From Octopus sinensis (taxonomy: Eukaryota): a stretch of DNA of 18,661 nucleotides. Below the pieces are notes generated by a model. The model saw only the letters and a program-made list of their open reading frames with translations, was not told the origin of the DNA and ran no database searches. Below are positions 10,772-18,661 of the stretch, piece after piece. Numbering within the stretch: position 1 is the stretch's first letter; every line of letters starts with the position of its first letter. The stretch spans positions 1 through 18,661 of the forward strand of contig NW_021824445.1 in NCBI RefSeq assembly GCF_006345805.1. The letters run 5' to 3'. The translations under genes were made by a program, and so were the position numbers.

Positions 10772-11693
10772 ACTTAACTGTATCTATTATTTTATTATTA
10801 TTATTATTATTAATATTAATAGTAATTATTATTGACTTTTATAGATTTATATTTTATGAACTGAACTATGGTTTTCTATTATTATTATTATTTTTCAGGT
10901 ATAGATAGAATATTAATTTAAATAGTAGTGAGCATATATCTCCCTATGTGTTAATTTTTAGAACTATTAGCCAAATATGTAAAATAACTGTGCTTATTAA
11001 TATTAATATATACACTGATATATATTTTATATTTTGTTTTTTTATATATTTTGTTTTATTTTGTTTTGTTTACCTTGCATTAGTGTATCAATGAGTATTG
11101 TATATGTGTAGCAGGATGGAGTTTATGCATAAGTTTTTATATATTACATGTTTATATTTTTATATTTATATGTATATGGAAAAATAATTTTTTCATAATT
11201 TTTTCACAATTATAACATTAAATTCTCTGAAGAGGCCGTGGGGCATCCTTGTTAATGCCTCATTTATACCTGCCTTAATGGCTTATAGGTTAAATGAGGT
11301 ATAACTGCCCTTACTGCCGAAACAGCTGTCAGATATGTTACAATTACATATTATATTTTTATATTTTTATATTTCCAGTTCCTTGTCTATTTATATTTAC
11401 TATATATGTTATATAGCCTTTACTGATATGTAATGGTGTAATAAAGTATTGATTGGGTATCATCTTATGGTTGATGTTTTATTGATTTAAGTATGTTTCT
11501 CCATTTTCTAATTCTGTAGCATAAATTTACGGTAATATTATTACCTTTGCCCAAATAATACAATATGTGAACTAATTGCTTGGTAATTTTTAACATCTAT
11601 GTGTTAGTCTCGTTGGGTACCTATCAAGCAGTATATTGGATATATGTTATCCCATGGTGGGTTGAATTTTCAACCCTCATCTCATTTTATAAC
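10772..11693 (+). mobile_element. AT-rich non-coding repeat remnant carrying a hammerhead ribozyme; probable Penelope-like terminal repeat / retrozyme (boundaries approximate)
   Basis: Very AT-rich segment with the HHR at 11224-11333, ending abruptly in (TA)n at ~11694. It has no credible ORF and occurs once in the window, so its limits are inferred. Confidence 0.45.
11224..11333 (+). ncRNA. Type I hammerhead ribozyme with long stem II and palindromic stem III
   Basis: tct-CTGAAGA(11227-11233)-ggc...gcc-GAAA(11319-11322)-C-agct-GTC(11328-11330)-aga. All core nucleotides are canonical, with a G10.1-C11.1 pair, a GUC triplet and 3-bp stem I tct/aga. Stem III lies in the palindrome ACAGCTGT. 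Confidence 0.85.
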
Positions 11694-11727
11694 CTATATA
11701 TATATATATATATATATAATAAACATA

Positions 11728-11967
11728 ATAAACATAAAGAAGTTATTATGCACGTACGCTGCGAAATATATAATAAACCTTTACATAAATAAATAACGTG
11801 AAATACACGAAGGGACGAACAAAAAGACAAACGGGTCATTCAAAGCCTTCATTCTTCAATCAGAAACTGATCCCTCATCGCAGATTTCGGCTGTTTAATT
11901 CTAAGATCCGCTCCGAATCAGCCAGCCACAGAAGGAAAGAATGCAACGCAACAGAGACGAACATGAA
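11728..11967. repeat. Dispersed repeat, copy 1 of a ~240-bp segment also present at 16086-16289 and 16713-16957
   Basis: Near-identical sequence (…gtgaaatacacgaagggacgaacaaaaagacaaacgggtcattcaaagcc…gaacatgaa) occurs three times in the window. Confidence 0.92.
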
Positions 11968-12368
11968 CACACACACACATATATATATGCATACACACAC
12001 ACACATATATATACATACACCCATACATATATATATACATACACACATACATATATATATATATATGTATATAATAAACCTTTAGATAAATAAATAATAA
12101 TATATATATATATACATACACCACACATATATAACACACACACACACACATATATACATACACACACACACACATATATATATACATACACACATACATA
12201 TATATATACATACACACATACATATATATATATATATGTATATAATAAACCTTTGCAGAAATAAATAATAGCATATATATATATATATACATACACACAC
12301 ACATATATATACATGCACACACACACATATATATACATACACACACACACATATATATACATACACAC

Positions 12369-12399
<31 letters not shown>

Positions 12400-12844
12400 A
12401 TAAACCTTTAGATAAATAAATAATAACATATATATATATATACACACACACATATATATATATATGTATATAATAAACCTTTACATAAATAAATAATAAC
12501 ATATATATATATATACATACACACATATATACACATACACACAAACATATATATACATGCACACACACACATATATATACATACACACACACACATATAT
12601 ATACATACACACACACACACAAACACACATATATATACTTACACACACACACACATATATATATACATACACACACACACACACATATATATACATATAC
12701 ACACACATACATATATACATACACACACACATACATATATACATACACACACACACATATATATATATACATACACGCACACATATATATACATACACAC
12801 ATATATATATATACACATATATATATACATACATACATACATAT

Positions 12845-12892
<48 letters not shown>

Positions 12893-13575
12893 TATACATA
12901 CACACACAGACATATATATACATACACACACACACACCAAACACACATATATATACTTACACACACACACATATATATATACATACACACACAAACACAC
13001 ATTATATACATACACACACACACATATATATATACCTATACACACACACACATATATATACATACACACACACATACATATATACATACACACACACACA
13101 TATATATATACACATACACACACACATATATATATACATACACAAATATATATATATACATATATGTATATACATACACACACACACATATATATACATA
13201 CACAAATACATATATATATATATGTATATATAAACCTTTACATAAATAAATAATAACATATATATATTATACATACACACACACATATATACATACACAC
13301 TACATATATATATGTATATAATAAACCTTTACATAAATAAATAATAACATATATATATACACACACACAATATATACATACACACACATATATATATATA
13401 TACATACACACATACATATATATATATGTATATAATAAACCTTTAGATAAATAAATAATAACATATATATACATATACATACACACACACACAAACACAC
13501 ATATATATACTTACACACACACACACATATATATATATACATACACACACAAACACACATATATATATACATACA
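11968..13575. repeat. Compound (TA)n/(CA)n microsatellite field with 7 embedded copies of a ~35-bp motif
   Basis: Motif gtatataataaaccttta(c/g)ataaataaataataac at about 12070, 12240, 12395, 12468, 13226, 13316 and 13430. Confidence 0.92.
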
Positions 13576-13578
13576 GTG

Positions 13579-13898
13579 AGGGCGCGTGGCTTAGTGGTTA
13601 GGGTATTCGGCTCATGATCGTAAGGTTGTGAGTTCGATTCCCGGCGACGCGTTGTGTCCTTGAGCAAGACACTTTATTTCACGTTGCTCCAGTCCACTCA
13701 GCTGGCAAAAATGAGTTGTACTTGTATTTCAAAGGGTCAGCCTTGTCACTCTCTGTGTCACGCTGATTATCCCCGAGAACTACGTTAAGGGTACACGTGT
13801 CTGTGGAATGCTCAGCCATTTGCACGTTAATTTCACGAGCAAGCTGTTCCGTTGATCGTATCAGCTGGGACCCTCGTCGTCGTAACCGGCGGAGTCTT
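13579..13898 (+). mobile_element. tRNA-derived CORE-type SINE, well preserved, inserted in microsatellite
   Basis: A box tggcttagtgg (13587-13597), B box gagttcgattcc (13630-13641), then CORE-like ttgtgtccttgagcaagacactt. It is flanked on both sides by (TA/CA)n. Confidence 0.88.
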
Positions 13899-14074
13899 TA
13901 TACATACACACACACACATATATATATACATACACACACATACATATATACATACACACACATACATATATACATACACACACACACATATATAATATAC
14001 ATACACACACACATATATATATACATACACACATATATATATATATACATATATATATATACATACATACATAT

Positions 14075-14152
<78 letters not shown>
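13899..14152. repeat. (TA/CA)n microsatellite ending in a long pure (TA)n
   Basis: Directly visible. Confidence 0.95.
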
Positions 14153-14157
<5 letters not shown>

Positions 14158-14910
14158 CATTCAACAATTGAGGGTAAAATTAATTAATTATTAATTAATT
14201 TCACCAAGTGTTCAGTATGCAAAGGGACCATTTAAGGCGAATTCAAATTATTACAATATATAAAAGGGCTTAGTAAAATAATTACTTTGCCGCATACTGA
14301 ACTCATTAGAAATAGCAGCTAAAAAACTTTTTTAAACCATTTCTAATACTTAAGAAAATCTCTCTCATATAGTGTTTGGTCAACTCAACTCACGAAAGTT
14401 TGGGGGTAAGACATCAAAAAATCAAATGCAAAGGTTATTTGAGAACGTACGTTTCAAGATTAGTCATCACGACACTTCTATCATCAGCTCAGAAACTCCT
14501 TGGTTTGGATTTGAAAACACTGAAAGTGAGAGCATACTCTTTCGGCCTCTCATCGCTTTCGAATCTGCTCGTAACTAACAGTGCCAACAAACTCAAACAT
14601 GCAAGCGAAGAATTTCTGCTCTCCCTTTCCACCAGCGTGGGTTAAAATCAACAAACACTCTGCTTATTTCGGTAAAATCCGAAGCATTAATTAGAGGGAG
14701 ATTAATTATAATTTCAACAATTGAGGGTAAAATTAATTAATTATTAATTAATTTCACCAAGTGTTCAGTATGCAAAGGGACCATTTAAGGCGAATTCAAA
14801 TTATTACAATATATAAAAGGGCTTAGTAAAATAATTACTTGCCGCATACTGAACTCATTAGAAATAGCAGCTAAAAAACTTTTTTAAACCATTTCTAATA
14901 CTAAAGAAAA
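14151..14910 (-). repeat. ~553-bp HHR-bearing repeat unit, ~1.4 tandem copies, inverted relative to 14909-16077
   Basis: caacaattgagggt at 14162 and 14715 gives period 553. The sequence is the reverse complement of the block that follows. Confidence 0.93.
14440..14491 (-). ncRNA. Type I hammerhead ribozyme motif (copy in inverted arm)
   Basis: Exact reverse complement of 15279-15330, with tcatcag at 14481-14487 and aacgtacgtttc at 14444-14455. Confidence 0.65.
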
Positions 14911-15278
14911 TGAGTTCAGTATGCGGCAATGTAATTTATTTTACTAAGCCCTTTTATATATTGTAATAATTTGAATTCGCCTTAAATGGTCCTTTGCATA
15001 CTGAACACTTGGTGAAATTAATTAATAATTAATTAATTTTACCCTCAATTGTTGAAATTATAATTAATCTCCCTCTAATTAATGCTTCGGATTTTACCGA
15101 AATAAGCAGAGTGTTTGTTGATTTTAACCCACGCTGGTGGAAAGGGGAGAGCAGAATTCTTCGCTTGCATGTTTGAGTTTGTTGGCACTGTTAGTTACGA
15201 GCAGATCTTCGAAAGCGATGAGAGGCCAAAAGAGTATGCTCTCACTTTCAGTGTTTTCAAATCCAACCAAGGAGTTTC

Positions 15279-15330
15279 TGAGCTGATGATAGAAGTGTCG
15301 TGATGACTAATCTTGAAACGTACGTTCTCA
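15279..15330 (+). ncRNA. Type I hammerhead ribozyme motif
   Basis: tgag-CTGATGA(15283-15289)-25-nt stem II region-GAAA(15315-15318)-C-gtac-GTT-ctca. Stem I is tgag/ctca and stem III lies in the palindrome AACGTACGTT. Atypical features: U.U at 10.1/11.1, weak stem II and a GUU triplet. Confidence 0.65.
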
Positions 15331-15837
15331 AATAACCTTTGCATTTGATTTTTTGATGTCTTTACCCCCAAACTTTCGTGAGTTGAGTTGACCAAACACT
15401 ATATGAGAGAGATTTTCTTTAAGTATTAGAAATGGTTTTAAAAAGTTTTTTAGCTGCTATTTCTAATGAGTTCAGTATGCGGCAAAGTAATTTATTTTAC
15501 TAAGCCCTTTTATATATTGTAATAATTTGAATTCGCCTTAAATGGTCCCTTTGCATACTGAACACTTGGTGAAATTAATTAATAATTAATTAATTTTACC
15601 CTCAATTGTTGAAATTATAATTAATCTCCCTCTAATTAATGCTTCGGATTTTACCGAAATAAGCAGAGTGTTTGTTGATTTTAACCCACGCTGGTGGAAA
15701 GGGGAGAGCAGAAATTCTTCGCTTGCATGTTTGAGTTTGTTGGCACTGTTAGTTACGAGCAGATCTTCGAAAGCGATGAGAGGCCGAAAGAGTATGCTCT
15801 CACTTTCAGTGTTTTCAAATCCAAACCAAGGAGTTTC

Positions 15838-15889
15838 TGAGCTGATGATAGAAGTGTCGTGATGACTAATCTTGAAACGTACGTTCTCA
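15838..15889 (+). ncRNA. Type I hammerhead ribozyme motif (next tandem unit)
   Basis: Identical to 15279-15330. CTGATGA at 15842-15848, GAAA at 15874-15877, predicted cut after 15885. Confidence 0.65.
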
Positions 15890-16085
15890 AATAACCTTTG
15901 CATTTGATTTTTTGATGTCTTTACCCCCAAACTTTCGTGAGTGGAGTTGACCAAACACTATATGAGAGAGATTTTCTTTAAGTATTAGAAATGGTTTAAA
16001 AAAGTTTTTTAGCTGCTATTTCTAATGAGTTCAGTATGCGGCAAAGTAATTTATTTTACTAAGCCCTTTTATATATTATATATAT

Positions 16086-16957
16086 ATATATAATAAACCT
16101 TTACATAAATAAATAACGTGAAATACACGAATGGACGAACAAAAAGACAAACGGGTCATTCAAAGCCTTCATTCTTCAGTCAGAAACTGATCCCTTATCG
16201 CAGATTTCGGCCGTTCAATTCTGAGATCCGCTCCGAATATGCCAGCCACGGAAGGAAAGAATGCAACGCAACAGAGACGAACATGAAACGAAAAGTCTTT
16301 CTTGGAGACAGTAACGGTTAAAAACATGGATGACACAGGCGCCCTATGGCTTTAACACAAAAAGAGAGACACAAAACAATATCAGCAAGCGTGGAAAAAT
16401 AACAACCTTTTCGGTGATAAGACACATGTTGAACAAGTGGGCGATGGAAAGAGAATGGCTGAGGCAGCAAGTCGCAAGAGGGTAGAGAGAGGAGGGGCTA
16501 AGAGAGAGAGGGGACCAAGGAGGGTAGAAGGCGAGGACAGAAGCAGTGACCGAGAGAGAGAGAAGGAATCAGAGAAGGAGCAGTGATCAAGAGAGAGAGG
16601 GAGAGAAGGAATCAGAGAGGCTGGAAGAAAAAGGCGCCAAAACAATTTGGCAACGAAGCAATGGCGAAGGAAAGAAAATAGTTTAAAGACATCGTGCAGG
16701 GGTTTTGATATGATAAACATAAAGAAGTTATTATGCACGTAGGCTGCGAAATATATAATAAACCTTTACATAAATAAATAACGTGAAATACACGAAGGGA
16801 CGAACAAAAAGACAAACGGGTCATTCAAAGCCTTCATTCTTCAGTCAGAAACTGATCCCTCATCGCAGATTTCGGCTGTTTAATTCTGAGATCCGCTCCG
16901 AATCAGCCTGCCACAGAAGGAAAGAATGCAACGCAAACAGAGAACGAAACATGAAAC
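16086..16957. mobile_element. Non-autonomous element or partial tandem: ~200-bp direct repeats (16086-16289 and ~16750-16957) around a ~460-bp purine-rich interior; period 665 bp
   Basis: gtgaaatacacga at 16118 and 16783 gives offset 665. The interior has a GA-rich tract (~16480-16620) and no credible protein. Confidence 0.7.
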
Positions 16958-17568
16958 ACAAACACACATTATATACAAACACACACACACATATATATAC
17001 ATACACACATACATATATATATATGTATATAATAAACCTTACATATATAAATAATAACATATATATTATATATATATAGATATATACAATAACACACACA
17101 CATATATACACATACACACACACATATATATATATATATGTATATAATAACCTTTAGATAAATAAATAATAACATATATATATATACATACACACACACA
17201 ATATATATATGTATATAATAAACATTTGCATAAATAAATAATAACATATATATATATATACATACACACACATATATATATACATGCACACACAACACCA
17301 TATATAATACACACACACACATATATATACATACACACATACATATATATTATTGTATATAATAAACCTTTAGATAAATAAATAATAACATAAATATATA
17401 TATACACACACACACACATATATATACATACACACATACATATATATATATATATATGTATATAATAAGCTTTAGATAAATAAATAATAACATATATATA
17501 TATATACATACACACACACATATATATATATGTATATAATAAACCTTTAGATAAATAAATAATATATT
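16958..17568. repeat. Second compound (TA/CA)n field with 6 embedded copies of the ~35-bp motif
   Basis: Motif at about 17028, 17140, 17212, 17357, 17459 and 17533. Confidence 0.9.
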
Positions 17569-17765
17569 TACCCACTATAGACACCGATATCTACTGGAAA
17601 ATAGCGAACGTAATGAATACGACGCTAATGTATAGCTTCACTGCGTATGTACTATATATACATATACATACATATATATATATACATATACATACATATC
17701 TATATACATATACATATATATATATACCCACTATATACCAGACCACCACAGCAAACAGACCCAGG

Positions 17766-18661
17766 ATGGACACCGCCGGCAACAACGTACACCTCACGTC
17801 GATGCTCCTACTGAACATCAGAGGGCTGCAAACACTCAGTAACAGGACAAAAATCCCGTTCCTGAGAGACTTTGTTGCATGCAATCAAGCCTTATGCATA
17901 GCACTTACGGAAACGCACCTGAAACCGGACATAGCAGATGCGGAGTTACACATACCACAGTATGCTGTACTACGGACCGACAGTAAAGAAAGGAGTCATG
18001 GAGGTGTTGCTATGTACATCCGTGAGGACCTCACACCCCTAGGTCCTCTTGTCATACTCACACTCGGTGTGTGACACCTAATTGTCATATTAAGCAACTT
18101 GATGTAGTTGTGTGGTGCTACATATCGCCCTCCAGATCCCCAAGCCATGTGGGCAAGTTTGAAGACTGCCTTATAAAAATAGGAGAAGTTCTAACCACAT
18201 TAGAACAACACATAAGTGTACTTCTTATGGGAGACTTCAATCTGCTCAATGTCAGATGGCCCGAGGGCCTTTCTCTCCCAGGAATGACAAGATGTGAACG
18301 AGGACAGGCGAGGTACCTCCTGAACCTCATCAACACCCTGTACATGGAGCAGGTAATACTCCAACCACCCAGGGCAGGTAACACACTGGATCTCTGCTTC
18401 ACAAATGACATGGATCTCATCCATAATGTGAAAGTGACACCGACACTACTTTCGGCCCACAACATGGTAGAGCTGACCATGTACGGACCGAAGGAAAGCA
18501 TGGACATACAGCCTACAAGAAACTCTCAGAATCTTTTCAGCTTGAACTTCCATAAGGCAAACTGGAAAAAAATTGAGAAAGGGATCCTCAAACAAATCTG
18601 ACCTGAATATCTTTCCTCGCCAGTCATCGACATGAAACTTCAATAATTCATGTCTGTAATG
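17766..18661 (+). pseudogene. LINE (non-LTR retrotransposon, probably CR1/L2/Jockey group) ORF2 N-terminal apurinic-like endonuclease, frameshifted; continues beyond the window
   Basis: EEP/APE motifs appear in order: LLNIRGL, IALTETHL, LRTD..SHGGVAMYIRE, YRPP (tat cgc cct cca at 18123, in a different frame from the downstream ORF), LMGDFN, QPPRAGNTLDLCFTN, LSAHNMV (SDH with the Asp lost), then NFHKANW. There are several frameshifts at ~18035-18145 and an in-frame TGA at 18599. Confidence 0.92.

Larger units (their letters stand above)
14909..16077 (+). repeat. ~557-bp HHR-bearing repeat unit, ~2.1 tandem copies (Penelope pseudo-LTR / retrozyme-like)
   Basis: tgagttcagtatgcggc at 14911, 15467 and 16026 gives periods 556 and 559. 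There is one HHR per full unit, and the block ends in (TA)n. Confidence 0.93.

Noticed and set aside
13581-13650. Functional tRNA-Met (ctcatga loop)
   Set aside because: A and B boxes are present, but the acceptor stem and 3' end are not properly formed and the sequence runs into a SINE body. It is a SINE head.
11901-14171. Long ORFs (up to 423 aa) rich in Y/I/C/V/M or H/T
   Set aside because: They are translations of (TA)n/(CA)n microsatellite, which lacks stop codons. The same applies to ORFs at 763-1191, 2576-3027 and 16860-17584.
14372-15954. Recurrent ORFs (MVNSTHES..., ...MQRLFENVRF...) in the 557-bp repeat
   Set aside because: Frames differ between copies because of indels, they start at non-ATG codons, and I recognise no domain.
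16382-16738. 118-aa Leu/Ser-rich ORF on the minus strand
   Set aside because: It reflects the low-complexity GA/CT tract and has no recognisable motif.
18118-18643. Minus-strand ORFs over the LINE
   Set aside because: They are antisense shadows of the plus-strand endonuclease coding sequence.

Overview
Eukaryotic, AT-rich, repeat-dominated DNA with no intact protein-coding gene. From recollection, not a database search, the repeat families resemble those of a cephalopod (Octopus-like) genome. It contains three tRNA-derived SINEs and a fourth SINE tail, a decayed Helitron-type Pif1 helicase C-terminal fragment (2168-2489), and a ~214-bp inverted repeat around (TA)n. A 7.5-kb tandem array of ~41 x 184-bp monomers (2892-10435) appears to derive from a SINE lacking its 5' head. 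There are extensive (TA/CA)n microsatellites, and a frameshifted LINE endonuclease runs off the right edge. The most notable signal is non-coding: several unrelated repeat families carry hammerhead-ribozyme (HHR) motifs with short palindromic stem III. One is a complete type I HHR with an unusually long stem II at 11224-11333. Another is one HHR per unit of a ~557-bp repeat arranged in tandem and as a large fold-back (14151-16077), matching Penelope pseudo-LTR / non-LTR retrozyme architecture. Almost all ORFs in the supplied track are microsatellite or repeat read-through.
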